IMG/VR virus record: IMGVR_UViG_3300033067_000499
Coordinates: 1 to 30,408 of that record
From: a virus
Taxonomy: Duplodnaviria; Caudoviricetes
Length of the DNA stretch: 30,408 nucleotides
Strand: one strand, 5' to 3'
The notes under the pieces: model-generated
Databases searched by the model: none
What the model saw: the letters and a program-made list of their open reading frames with translations, nothing else
What the model was told of the DNA's origin: nothing
Made by a program: the position numbers and the translations under genes
Shown here: piece by piece, positions 7,697 through 16,880 of the stretch
How the letters are laid out: each line of letters opens with the position of its first letter
Numbering within the stretch: the stretch's first letter is position 1

Positions 7697-10600
7697 ATGG
7701 CCGAGACCCTTGACGACCGCCTGATGCGCGCACGCGCCGGCGGGGCTACGTGGGACCAGATCCACACCGCGCTGAACACCCGGATCGAGGCGGCGCGGGC
7801 CGCCGGCGCGACCCAGGACCAGATCAACACCAGCCTGGGCTACTCGGACCCGACGCCGCTGATGCAGTCGTTCCGCACGCAGGCGCAGACGAACATGGCG
7901 GCGCACCCGCCGGCGGTGGCGGACAACCCCTATGACGCCTTCATCAACGGCCTGCAGTCCAGCTCCGGCGGCCTAATCGCCCGCGGCCGGCTGCCCGACC
8001 GGGTGATGCCCGACGCGCCGAACTTCGCCACCCGCATCGCCAACATGGCGGGCGTGGCGGTTGGCGACATCCCTGCCATGATCCAGGGCGGCTTCTACGG
8101 CGGGCGGCTGGGCGCGCTGGTCCCCGGGGCCGGCGAGACCGGCGAGAGCGAGGCCATCGGTGCCGGCGCGGGCGCGTTCGCGCTGCCCCAGGCGATCAAG
8201 AGCGGCTACCTCGACGCCCTGAACAAGGGGCAGATCCGCGACGCCGACGACTTCATCCAGCGCTACATGGGCGTCCTGTGGGACACCACGAAGGCCGGCG
8301 TCATCGGCGGCCTGACCGGCGGCGCTGGCAAGCTGGTCGAGAACGCGGCCGTGGCCCAGGGCACCGCCCCGGTCACCACCTTCATGGCGAAGTCCGCCAC
8401 CGAGCTGGCGACCATGACGACGGCCGGCGCGGCGATGCAGGGCAAGCTGCCCAGCCGCGAGGACTTCATCGACGGCGCGATCCTGCTGGCGGCCTTCCAC
8501 GTCGCCGGCGCAGCGCCGCGCACGGGGGCTCAGCTCCGCGACGCCCTGCAGCGCCACTGGCGGGACACTGACGAGCCGCCGCTCGTGGCGGCCCAGCGCG
8601 CGGCCGCGGACCCGGCCTTCCGCGCCCAACTGTTCAGCCTGCCCCACGCCCTGGCTAGCGAGGTGCGCGGCGCGAGCTCGACGCCGGTCGCCCCGCCGGA
8701 GCAGTTCAAGGTCGACAACCGCCACACGGCCGATCTCCTGCGGGAGCAGGCGGGCGATCAGCCTGGCCGCAGCCAGCCCGGGCAAGACGACCGCTTCGTC
8801 CTGCCCCGCGGTAACGGCGGCATCGACCACTTCACCGGCGTCATGCGGAACATCGAAGGCGGCACTGAGCACGGCGACCTGTCGCGGCCGCGGATCTCCC
8901 CCGCCGGCGCGGTCGGCGAGAACCAGATCATGCCCGCCACCGGCCGGCAGTACGGCCTCAAGGGCACCGACGCCGAGATCACCCGGCAGCTCATGGACCC
9001 GAACGTCAACCGACTGATCGGGCAGCGCATCACGACTGACCTCTACAACCGCTACAAGGGCGACGAGGAGGCGATGCTGGCGGCCTACAACGCCGGCCCG
9101 CGCCGCGGCGACCAGCTCCAGCGCCAGGGGCCCGGTACGCGCCTGCGCTCGGAGGTGGACCCCCACACGGGCAAGAAGACCTACACGGTCGAGCACTCCG
9201 ACCGCAACGAGGCCTTCCTGCCGATGGAGACCCAGCGCTACCTCGCCGACGCCCGCCGCGTGGCGCAGGGCAAGGGGGGCCAGCTCGCCGGGTCGCCGGT
9301 GATGGATCACAGGGAGCTGCCGCTCAACGAGGAGCCCGACGAGTTCGACGCTGCCCTGGCACGCGTGCGGGCCGAGGAGGGCGAGGAGCAGGCCCGCCGG
9401 CCGTCCCTGTGGGAGCGCTTCGCCGCCGACGAGAGCGGCAGCCTTGACCCCTGGGAGGCCGTTGGCAGCCGCATGGCGGACGCCGACAAGGGCCCCTCGA
9501 TCTTCGAGCGCCTGCAGGAGGGCCTGCACAACACCTACCTCGAGCTGTTCAACCCGGGTCACCCCATCCGCCGGCTGGTGGACGCGGCGACGACGGGTGG
9601 CGCTCTGCCCTCGGGCGAGAACCCGGAGTTCCTCTACCGCTTCGCGGAGCACTCGGCGACCACGTCGAAGTACATGATCGAGCGGAACATGGTCGACCCG
9701 GATGGCAACATCACGGGCCCGGGCCTCCGCACCATCCTCGACCTGGGGCAGAGCCAGATGGGGCCGAAGCGCTTCTGGACCTACGCCATCGGGAAGTGGG
9801 CGGTCGAGAAGGCCGGTCAGTCCAAGGAAACCGGGGTCGAGGTGGACGCCGCCCGTCGCGTGGTCGAGGAGGGTGAGGCCGGTGGCATCATTCCCCCGGG
9901 CGAGGATCTGGACGCGCACATGGCGCGCATCGGCACCACCCTGGTGGATCTGCCGGCCGGCAACAAGATCATCGACCGCTTCGGCCCGCACTTCGACATC
10001 GCCGCCAACCGCGTCCGCATGCTCAAGGGCACCGACGCCGAGTACGAGGCGAAGTATGGGAAGGGCCTGACCTACGCCGTGGTGAAGGCGCACGAGATCG
10101 GCCACGCCATCGCCTACAGCCTTGACCGCCTGACGGAGAAGGTCGGCCGCGGCGACTGGACGCACCTCGATCCGCGCGTTATCCGCGACCTGACCGACGA
10201 GCTGACCATCGTCTCCCGCCGCTACAAGCCGGGCCTGTGGCGCGACGCCATGCAGCGGACCCACGTCACGAAGCAGAGCGAGCTGATCGCCGACGCCATT
10301 GCGACATGGATGACGGATCCGGTCGCACGCACGCGGATGCCGGAGTTCGAGAACCTGATCCGCACCAGCGTCCCGGGCTTCGACATCGAGACCCTGGGCG
10401 CGAAGCCGGGCGAGTGGGGCACCCCCATGCAGCGGGCGTTCCAGCAGCTTCAGGACTTCCAGAACGCCACGTTCCGCTACCTCTACAAGAGCGGGGCCAT
10501 GTCGCGGGAGACCTACCTGCAGTCGGTGGCGCTGAACGCCGCGCGCATCCCCGGCTATCGGGAGCTCGACGGCCCGCCGACCGGCATGGGCACCGGCCCC

Positions 10601-12778
10601 GGGAAGACCGCCTGGAACCCGGTGAAAGAGTTCTTCGGCTCCGACCGCAAGGTCCAGAACATCCTGCAGTCGCTGTTGCAGGAGGCGTTCCTGCGGATCC
10701 AGCTCGCCGACTTCAACACGCAGAACCGGGCGATCTTCAACACGGCGCAGAAGCTGGGCGACGCTGATCCCCTGGGCGCGGCCGAGGTGGCGAAGCCGGT
10801 CAACTACGATCTGCTGAACGCCCTGGGCAACATGAAGGACATCGGGATGGAGGACGAGCACATCCAGACCATCCTCCAGAACCTGGGCGGCGCGGGCCTG
10901 CGCCATGACGAGGTGCCGATCTTCGAAGACGGCAAGATGCGCCGGGTGAAATTCAACGACCCCGACATGGTGCGCCTGCTGCGCGGCTACGACGCCACCA
11001 GCCTGGCCACATGGCAGAAGGTGGTCGCGGCCTTCACCAAGGTGCAGCGCACGCTGATCGTCATGAACCCGCTGTTCCCGCTGCGCCTGATCGGCTACGA
11101 CGTGCCGTGGCAGTTCATCACCACGCCGGGCGTGCGGAACACCGTGGCGGACTTCTTCGTCGGCCTGGGCCACGTCATGGGCAACAAGCCGATGTACGAC
11201 GAGTGGCTGCGCTCCGGCGGCGCTGAGCGGGTGTTCGACGGCCTCGCCAAGAACGAGTACATCAAGAAGGTGCTCAAGGGCGAGGAGGATCCCAGCTTCA
11301 CTGACGGGATCTGGAACGTCGTCAAGACGCCCTACGAGGCGCTGCGGGTGTGGGGCTCGGTCCTAGGCCAGGCGCAGCGGGTCGGCCGCTACGTCCGCGG
11401 CCGCCAGCAAGGCGAGGAGCCCGACGTCGCTGCGGTCAACAGCAGCGAGGCGTCCTTCCACCGGATCGGCTTCGGCGGCCCGCACGCCAAGTCCCTGAAC
11501 GCGATGATCCCCTTCTTCACGGCCTACCTGAACAGCCTGGAGAAGACGGCGCGCGGCTTCTTCGGCATCGGCCGCACCACGACCGGGATGGAGTTCAGCG
11601 GCAAGAACCTCGTGCAGTTCCACGCCAAGGCTATCGGCGTGATTACTATGCTGTCGCTGGCGCAGTGGTATCACGACCGAGACAAGGAATGGTATAAAGC
11701 CGCGCCGGAGTGGCAGAAGGACAACGGCCTGTTCATCCACATCGGGCCCGACGACGGCACGGGGCACACGTTCTTCTACAAGTTCCCGCCCCTGATCAGC
11801 TTCATCTATGGCGGCCTCCCCCGGCGTCTGGCCGAGGCGTTCATCGACGACAACCCGCACGCCTTCGACGGCATGGGTGCCAGCTTCGGCGACAGCCTCC
11901 TGCCGCCCGGCGGGCTCGTCCTCTACAACGTCTTCCTGCCGATCATCGAGCACGTCGCGAACCACAGCTTCTTCCACGACACGCCGCTGGTGGACGACAA
12001 CACCCGCCGCAACGTCATGCCGGCCGAGCAGTACAACCAATACAGCTCGGGGCTGGCGCGCAACATCGCCCGCTTCGCCAGCGACGTCCCGCTGGTCAAG
12101 GACATGAAGCTGTCGCCGCCGGTGGTGGACAACTACCTCAACGGCTGGGGCGGGACGCTCGGCACGGCCGCCATCCGCGCCACCGACCAGCTCACGCACA
12201 ACGGCCCCTGGAAGCCGGGCGCTCCGCTGCCGCGGTTCGAGGACATGCCGCTGGCCAGCTCCTGGCAGACCCGCTACCCCAGCGCCTCGGCCGAGCCGAT
12301 CAAGATGTTCGGCCACCGGATGGACGACTTCGACGCCGTCCACGGCTCCCTGGTGCGCGCCCTCGAGCATGGCGATCTGGCCCAATTCACCAAGATCGCC
12401 CGGGAGAACCCGACCGCGGCCGTCGTCCACGCCTTCAACCTGCGGGGCAAGCCGATCCCGGCCGACAAGGCTCCGTACCTGCAGGCCCTGCGCGACGCCG
12501 CCCAGGGGGCCGACATCCCCTCGGCGCGGCTGATCATGCAGGCGCAGCTCGCCCTGAAGAACGCCCGTGACTATGCGGCCAGGGTCTACGAGGCGGACAA
12601 CCTGTCGCCGGCGGACAAGCGCCAGATCCTCGACGCCACCTATGCTCAGATGCAGGTGATGGCCGAGCGCGCGAACGACGTCATGGATCGGTCGGGCTTC
12701 GACGGCTACCACGCCGGGCGGAACACCCAGCCGAACCCCGACAAGATCGCCTTCCAGCCGCCGCAGCCGGGGATCTAG
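7697..12778 (+). CDS. Large internal virion (ejection, gp16-like) polyvalent protein: lytic transglycosylase (SLT) + zincin metallopeptidase + LPD38-like C-terminal region
   Basis: SLT motifs RNIEGG, SPAGAVGENQIMPATG, LAAYNAGP, ETQRY (~8840-9245). HExxH motif AHEIGH (10088-10105) with downstream ELIAD. C-terminal WYKAAPEWQKDNGLFI...KFPP pattern resembles LPD38. Confidence 0.8.
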   Translation: MAETLDDRLMRARAGGATWDQIHTALNTRIEAARAAGATQDQINTSLGYSDPTPLMQSFRTQAQTNMAAHPPAVADNPYDAFINGLQSSSGGLIARGRLPDRVMPDAPNFATRIANMAGVAVGDIPAMIQGGFYGGRLGALVPGAGETGESEAIGAGAGAFALPQAIKSGYLDALNKGQIRDADDFIQRYMGVLWDTTKAGVIGGLTGGAGKLVENAAVAQGTAPVTTFMAKSATELATMTTAGAAMQGKLPSREDFIDGAILLAAFHVAGAAPRTGAQLRDALQRHWRDTDEPPLVAAQRAAADPAFRAQLFSLPHALASEVRGASSTPVAPPEQFKVDNRHTADLLREQAGDQPGRSQPGQDDRFVLPRGNGGIDHFTGVMRNIEGGTEHGDLSRPRISPAGAVGENQIMPATGRQYGLKGTDAEITRQLMDPNVNRLIGQRITTDLYNRYKGDEEAMLAAYNAGPRRGDQLQRQGPGTRLRSEVDPHTGKKTYTVEHSDRNEAFLPMETQRYLADARRVAQGKGGQLAGSPVMDHRELPLNEEPDEFDAALARVRAEEGEEQARRPSLWERFAADESGSLDPWEAVGSRMADADKGPSIFERLQEGLHNTYLELFNPGHPIRRLVDAATTGGALPSGENPEFLYRFAEHSATTSKYMIERNMVDPDGNITGPGLRTILDLGQSQMGPKRFWTYAIGKWAVEKAGQSKETGVEVDAARRVVEEGEAGGIIPPGEDLDAHMARIGTTLVDLPAGNKIIDRFGPHFDIAANRVRMLKGTDAEYEAKYGKGLTYAVVKAHEIGHAIAYSLDRLTEKVGRGDWTHLDPRVIRDLTDELTIVSRRYKPGLWRDAMQRTHVTKQSELIADAIATWMTDPVARTRMPEFENLIRTSVPGFDIETLGAKPGEWGTPMQRAFQQLQDFQNATFRYLYKSGAMSRETYLQSVALNAARIPGYRELDGPPTGMGTGPGKTAWNPVKEFFGSDRKVQNILQSLLQEAFLRIQLADFNTQNRAIFNTAQKLGDADPLGAAEVAKPVNYDLLNALGNMKDIGMEDEHIQTILQNLGGAGLRHDEVPIFEDGKMRRVKFNDPDMVRLLRGYDATSLATWQKVVAAFTKVQRTLIVMNPLFPLRLIGYDVPWQFITTPGVRNTVADFFVGLGHVMGNKPMYDEWLRSGGAERVFDGLAKNEYIKKVLKGEEDPSFTDGIWNVVKTPYEALRVWGSVLGQAQRVGRYVRGRQQGEEPDVAAVNSSEASFHRIGFGGPHAKSLNAMIPFFTAYLNSLEKTARGFFGIGRTTTGMEFSGKNLVQFHAKAIGVITMLSLAQWYHDRDKEWYKAAPEWQKDNGLFIHIGPDDGTGHTFFYKFPPLISFIYGGLPRRLAEAFIDDNPHAFDGMGASFGDSLLPPGGLVLYNVFLPIIEHVANHSFFHDTPLVDDNTRRNVMPAEQYNQYSSGLARNIARFASDVPLVKDMKLSPPVVDNYLNGWGGTLGTAAIRATDQLTHNGPWKPGAPLPRFEDMPLASSWQTRYPSASAEPIKMFGHRMDDFDAVHGSLVRALEHGDLAQFTKIARENPTAAVVHAFNLRGKPIPADKAPYLQALRDAAQGADIPSARLIMQAQLALKNARDYAARVYEADNLSPADKRQILDATYAQMQVMAERANDVMDRSGFDGYHAGRNTQPNPDKIAFQPPQPGI

Positions 12779-12781
12779 GCC

Positions 12782-13306
12782 ATGGTCAAGCGCATCCGCG
12801 TCCCTGGGCTGATCGGCCGCGGTATCCCCGAGGGCTACATCCTCGGCCGCCTGCGTGGCTCGAAGCACGGCGACGTCCAGCTCCTCGACCTGAACCACCT
12901 GCGCCAGTTCGGCGTGGCGAATGCGGCGAGCACCAAGAAGGACAGCACTGTCGCCGGCTTCACCTTCAGCGAGACTGGCCTGATGCTCGACAACGAGCTC
13001 CTGGGCTCGGGCTCCTGGGGCCACGACGTGACGTTCACGAACGACTATCCGGGCTCGAGCGTCTCGTGCGACCCGGGCTTCACCTCGACCGCCACGAACC
13101 CCATGCACATCCACGCCCTGATCGGCGGCGTCGACACCATCGTCGGCACGATCACGCCGGCGGTCGGGGTGCTCGCCGCCACCATCGCCTGGCTGACGTC
13201 GCCCTATGTTCACGCCGCCGGCAATCCGCTATCATTGCGGGGCCCGACGCCGGCCGACGCGACGTGGGGCAACGTCCACGGGACGGTCGTCGGGTACAGG
13301 AGCTGA
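12782..13306 (+). CDS. Putative short tail/fibre-associated structural protein, 174 aa
   Basis: Tightly packed ORF with good codon bias. N-terminal IPEGYILGR..G...G resembles fibre-shaft motifs. Beta-rich C-terminal domain ending AAGNPLSLRGPTPADATWGNV. Confidence 0.5.
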   Translation: MVKRIRVPGLIGRGIPEGYILGRLRGSKHGDVQLLDLNHLRQFGVANAASTKKDSTVAGFTFSETGLMLDNELLGSGSWGHDVTFTNDYPGSSVSCDPGFTSTATNPMHIHALIGGVDTIVGTITPAVGVLAATIAWLTSPYVHAAGNPLSLRGPTPADATWGNVHGTVVGYRS

Positions 13307-13307
13307 C

Positions 13308-13748
13308 ATGGCGACGATCAAGCACACCCGCGGGGACTTCGAGGTCAGCCCCGCCTTCGCCCTGGCCCACGCCGGGCTGCTGAGCGTGCCGCACGCGGCG
13401 CTCGAGACGGAGCGCTGGCGGCTGCTCAATCAGAGCAACAGCCGCCGCCTGACGCCGCAGGAGCGCTCCAAGCTGGACAGCGTGACCCACGTCATCAACG
13501 TCCACCGGGCGCTCGACGTGTTCCATGACGTCCACCACTCGCACTTCGGGTTCGAGTACGCCGACCAGCTCCATGGCAACCTGATCACCAAGGATTGCGG
13601 CTGCCAGATCCACTACGCCTTCGACCACCATGCCCGGGACGGCAGCAAGGGTCCGCTGGTCCTGCACCCGCACCGCAGCGAGGCGCACTGCCACGACCAC
13701 AAGCACCTGACGGACGTCCGCGAGCACCACAAAGCCCTGCACGGGTAG
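13308..13748 (+). CDS. His-rich hypothetical protein (146 aa) with CGC...CxxH putative metal site; possible fibre-assembly accessory
   Basis: ATG at 13308 follows AGGAG and the previous stop (more likely than the 13206 start in the ORF track). 22 His in 146 aa; KDCGCQIHY...HCHDHKH. Confidence 0.65.
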   Translation: MATIKHTRGDFEVSPAFALAHAGLLSVPHAALETERWRLLNQSNSRRLTPQERSKLDSVTHVINVHRALDVFHDVHHSHFGFEYADQLHGNLITKDCGCQIHYAFDHHARDGSKGPLVLHPHRSEAHCHDHKHLTDVREHHKALHG

Positions 13749-13751
13749 CGC

Positions 13752-15290
13752 ATGACGAACACCGCCACTCTGTTCGTCGGGGGCTACACCCCCAACAACG
13801 ACTTCTTCATCAACGGCCGCTACTTCGTCGGCTTCGGGGCGACCGTCCGCAGCAATGGCGCGGGTTCCTCGCTCGAGGCCAACGTGCAGCGGGCGACGAC
13901 GGTGTCCTGCACCCTGCAGAACATCGGCTGTCAGGTCGTCCTGTCGAACACCGGGGCCAACACGACGGGGTGGTGGAGCCGGGTCGGGGCGGCGGACGGC
14001 AACCAGACGGCGGTGCTCACCTCGAGCGTCACCGGCTACATCCAAGACACGACGCACACCGACAGCCTGACGGCGACGACCAGCCTGTTCAACGCCGCCT
14101 TCAAGGGCGTCAGCGCCGGCCCCGACTGCGAGATCACCAGCCACAACGTGGTGATCGTGAACACCTCGCCCCTGGCCGAGTTTGCCTGGAGCCCCCAGGC
14201 GAACATCAACGCCAACGGCCTGACCTTCAGCACGAACGCCAACCACTTCCTCCACATCATGGGCGGCTCTGGCGCGTCGACCGACACCAGCGAGACGTCC
14301 GAGAGCAACGCGACGAAAATGCTCGTGCGCGCGGCCGGCACCTACAAGGGGCTGCAGGCGATCCTGACGACGAACACGTCGGGCAGCACGATCAAGTTCC
14401 GGGTGAACGGCGCGAACGGGAACCAGACGATCTCGCCTGGCACCACCTCGAGCGCCGCCCTCACGCAGGACACCACGCACACCGACGCCGTCGTCAGCGG
14501 CGACCGGGTGAACTACGTGCTGAACCCGAACGCCTCGGCCACGATGACGACCACCTACCTGGGTGGCAGCTTCGCCGGCACCACCAGCGCCCAGGACGTG
14601 TTCGCCACCGCCGGCACGACGCTGTCCAACGCGAACACCTTCATGGCTGTGGGCGGCTCCTGGGGCTCGAACACGACCGAGAGCCAGTCGCAGATCAAGT
14701 GCCACACGGCCGTCACCTGGGACCGGCTGCGCGTGCGCCTGACGTCCAACAGCCTGTCGACCAACCAGACCTTCATCAGCCGCAACGCGACCGCGGACGG
14801 CAACCAGACGGTCACCCTGACGGCCGGCAGCGGCGCGGCGGACCTTGAGGACACGACGCACACCGACAGCGTCTCCGCGGACGCCCTGGTCAACTACAAG
14901 TACCCGGTCAGCGGCAGCCCCACGGGCAGCGCCATCGTCGCCTGGTACGGTGGCAAGTTCAACGACGGCACCAACACCGGCAGCTCGACCGAGACCGGCA
15001 CCGCCACCATGGCGTTCAGCGGGATCAGCTTCGTCGCCAGCGGCGCGCGCCAGGAGACGAGCACCGGAGCCATGGCCTTTGCGGGGATCAGCTTCTCCGG
15101 CAGCGGCGCGCGCACCGAGACGGGCACCGCCGGCATGGCGTTCACGAAGGCCAGCTTCGTCGGCACCGGGCTCGTCATCAAGGTCAAGGGCACCGCCGGC
15201 ATGGCGTTCGCCGGGATCAGTATCCAGGCCAGCGGGCTGGTCCTCGGCCCGGCCGGCTCTGGCCTCCGTCAGTTCAGCACCTTCGGCTAG
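13752..15290 (+). CDS. Putative virion fibre/spike protein, 512 aa, three repeated beta-rich domains plus four ~21-aa C-terminal repeats
   Basis: Thr/Ser/Gly/Asn-rich. The motif GNQT...DTTHTD occurs three times. The C-terminus has (E/K)xGxAxMAFxxxSFxxxG-type repeats four times. Confidence 0.65.
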   Translation: MTNTATLFVGGYTPNNDFFINGRYFVGFGATVRSNGAGSSLEANVQRATTVSCTLQNIGCQVVLSNTGANTTGWWSRVGAADGNQTAVLTSSVTGYIQDTTHTDSLTATTSLFNAAFKGVSAGPDCEITSHNVVIVNTSPLAEFAWSPQANINANGLTFSTNANHFLHIMGGSGASTDTSETSESNATKMLVRAAGTYKGLQAILTTNTSGSTIKFRVNGANGNQTISPGTTSSAALTQDTTHTDAVVSGDRVNYVLNPNASATMTTTYLGGSFAGTTSAQDVFATAGTTLSNANTFMAVGGSWGSNTTESQSQIKCHTAVTWDRLRVRLTSNSLSTNQTFISRNATADGNQTVTLTAGSGAADLEDTTHTDSVSADALVNYKYPVSGSPTGSAIVAWYGGKFNDGTNTGSSTETGTATMAFSGISFVASGARQETSTGAMAFAGISFSGSGARTETGTAGMAFTKASFVGTGLVIKVKGTAGMAFAGISIQASGLVLGPAGSGLRQFSTFG

Positions 15291-15322
15291 ACAGCAACCC
15301 CACCTTCGGAGTACAGTGAACC

Positions 15323-15763
15323 ATGGCTACCCTGCCCGTCATGTCCATCATCGCCGCGAAGGCTGCGCTCGACGCGACCACCGCGCTCGTCAACGGCGGG
15401 GGCACCGGCAATCTCTACATCCGCTCCGGCGCGCAGCCGGCGACCACGCTGACGGCCGACAGCGGCACGCTCGGGGCGACGCTGCCCATGAGCGCCACGG
15501 CCTTCGGCGCGTCCACCAGCGCCACCAGCAACGGGTTGGCGACCGCGACGGCCAACGCCATCACGTCCGACACCAACGCGGCCGCCTCGATCACCGCCGC
15601 CCACTTCCGCATCAAGAGCGGCGGCGGCACGGTGATCTACCAGGGCAACGTCGGCACCTCGGGCTGCGACCTGAACCTCAACACCACCACGATCACCGCC
15701 GGCGACACCGTCGCGGTGACCAGCTTCAAGATCACACTGCCGTGTGGGGATGGAACGTCATGA
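15323..15763 (+). CDS. Conserved small phage virion structural protein (fibre/spike base-like), 146 aa
   Basis: LYIRSGAQPAT...TLGATL....AFGA...A.ANAIT.D.....TAAHFRI...G.V...G.VGTSG.DLNLNTTTITAG.TV.VTSF.IT.P is a pattern I recognise from many phage structural regions. GGAG upstream. Confidence 0.6.
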   Translation: MATLPVMSIIAAKAALDATTALVNGGGTGNLYIRSGAQPATTLTADSGTLGATLPMSATAFGASTSATSNGLATATANAITSDTNAAASITAAHFRIKSGGGTVIYQGNVGTSGCDLNLNTTTITAGDTVAVTSFKITLPCGDGTS

Positions 15764-15978
15764 GCAACGAGCACGAACAGCGCATCGGCATCGTCGTCCG
15801 CAAGGACGGCACCGTGCCCTTCGACGAGGACTGCCACCCGCAGGTGCGCGCCGCGGTGTTCGAGCACCTGCGCCAGCTCGGGATCCCGCTGCACATGGAC
15901 GAGCACGGCGTCCACCGGATCCCCGACCACCACAAGCACATCCACAAGCTGCACGGTCAGGCCAAGGTTCCCGACTGA
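15760..15978 (+). CDS. Small His-rich hypothetical protein, 72 aa (MSNEHEQRIG...)
   Basis: ATGA overlap with the upstream stop and TGATG overlap with the downstream gene. Good codon bias; 11 His in 72 aa. Corresponds to the 3' end of the 14845..15978 track ORF. Confidence 0.65.
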   Translation: MSNEHEQRIGIVVRKDGTVPFDEDCHPQVRAAVFEHLRQLGIPLHMDEHGVHRIPDHHKHIHKLHGQAKVPD

Positions 15979-16250
15979 TGTCCGACGCGCATCCCGCTTC
16001 CATGGTCGTCGGTCACGGCGCGAGCCTCGTCGCCATCGTCCTGTCGTGGACCGGCGTGCTGCAGCCCATCGTGGCGCTGCTGGCGACGCTCGCCGCAGTT
16101 GTCTGGTACGCCGTTCAGGTGTATGAGAGCAAGTTCGTGCAGAAGCATATCCGTGTCCATCGCAGCCGCCGGCGTCGCCGGCGCAAGGGAGCAACCCATG
16201 TCCAACACCATCAAGGATCTCGAGGCAGCGGCCACCGGCGTCGTGACTGA
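15978..16250 (+). CDS. Holin (putative), 90 aa
   Basis: Hydrophobic segments GASLVAIVLSWTGVLQPIVALLATLAAVVWYAVQVY followed by a very basic tail RSRRRRRRK. TGATG coupling; located upstream of the endolysin. Confidence 0.65.
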   Translation: MSDAHPASMVVGHGASLVAIVLSWTGVLQPIVALLATLAAVVWYAVQVYESKFVQKHIRVHRSRRRRRRKGATHVQHHQGSRGSGHRRRD

Positions 16251-16383
16251 AGTCAAGGACGACGTCGCCAAGATCGAGGCCGACGTCAAGCCTGACACCC
16301 GCGCCGCCTACATCGTGGCCGGCATCATCCTGGCCATCGGCGTCGTCATCGGACAGGCCGTCGCCGGTATCTTCGGCATCTGA
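16198..16383 (+). CDS. Small membrane protein in lysis cassette (possible antiholin/second holin component), 61 aa
   Basis: AAGGGAG then ATG at 16198. Acidic amphipathic N-terminus and one C-terminal TM segment (YIVAGIILAIGVVIGQAVAGIFGI). Overlaps the last 53 nt of the holin. Confidence 0.55.
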   Translation: MSNTIKDLEAAATGVVTEVKDDVAKIEADVKPDTRAAYIVAGIILAIGVVIGQAVAGIFGI

Positions 16384-16385
16384 CG

Positions 16386-16880
16386 ATGGCCCGGGTTCAC
16401 CCGGCCGTCAGCCACGGCGCAACGGGGCTCGGTGCCCTGGCCGCTGGCCTCGGCCTCGCGACGCAGCTCATGCCTGCCTATGAAGGGGAAGTGCGCCACG
16501 CCTACCCCGACACGGGCGGCGTCTGGACGGCGTGCGACGGCCAGACGGCCGGGGTCCATCCGGGTGATGTCTTCACCCACGCGCAGTGCCAGGCGCTGCT
16601 GGGGGACGACCTGAAGGTCCGCATCCGCCGCATGAACGCCTGCCTGACGCCCGGCACGCCGCTGCTCGAGGCACACGTCGCGTGGTCCTTCATCGACTAC
16701 GACTACAACACTGGCCGCTTCTGCAGCCGCGTCGCTCCGTTCTGGAACGCCGGCCGCTACGCCGTCGCCTGCAAGCGCATGGACTGGCCCACCAAGGACC
16801 ACGCCGGGCACCTGCTGAAGGGCCTCGTGCGCCGCCGCGCTGACGAGCAGGCGGCCTGCCTCAAGGGGATCAACTCCTGA
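16386..16880 (+). CDS. Endolysin, GH24 (T4/P21-type) lysozyme with probable SAR anchor
   Basis: Catalytic triad E-x8-D-x5-T (EGEVRHAYPDTGGVWT); C-terminal LKGLVRRRADEQAAC; Gly/Ala-rich weakly hydrophobic N-terminus (GATGLGALAAGLGLA). Confidence 0.9.
   Translation: MARVHPAVSHGATGLGALAAGLGLATQLMPAYEGEVRHAYPDTGGVWTACDGQTAGVHPGDVFTHAQCQALLGDDLKVRIRRMNACLTPGTPLLEAHVAWSFIDYDYNTGRFCSRVAPFWNAGRYAVACKRMDWPTKDHAGHLLKGLVRRRADEQAACLKGINS

Noticed and set aside
7973-11173. 1066-aa antisense ORF (and 11363..13213, 13152..14861)
   Set aside because: Same codon-register shadow effect opposite the large virion genes; no recognisable domains or RBS.
13752-15290. Repeated DNA in the fibre gene as a diversity-generating retroelement TR/VR pair
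   Set aside because: Repeats are short, in-frame protein-domain duplications without adenine-specific mismatches, and no reverse transcriptase is present in the window.
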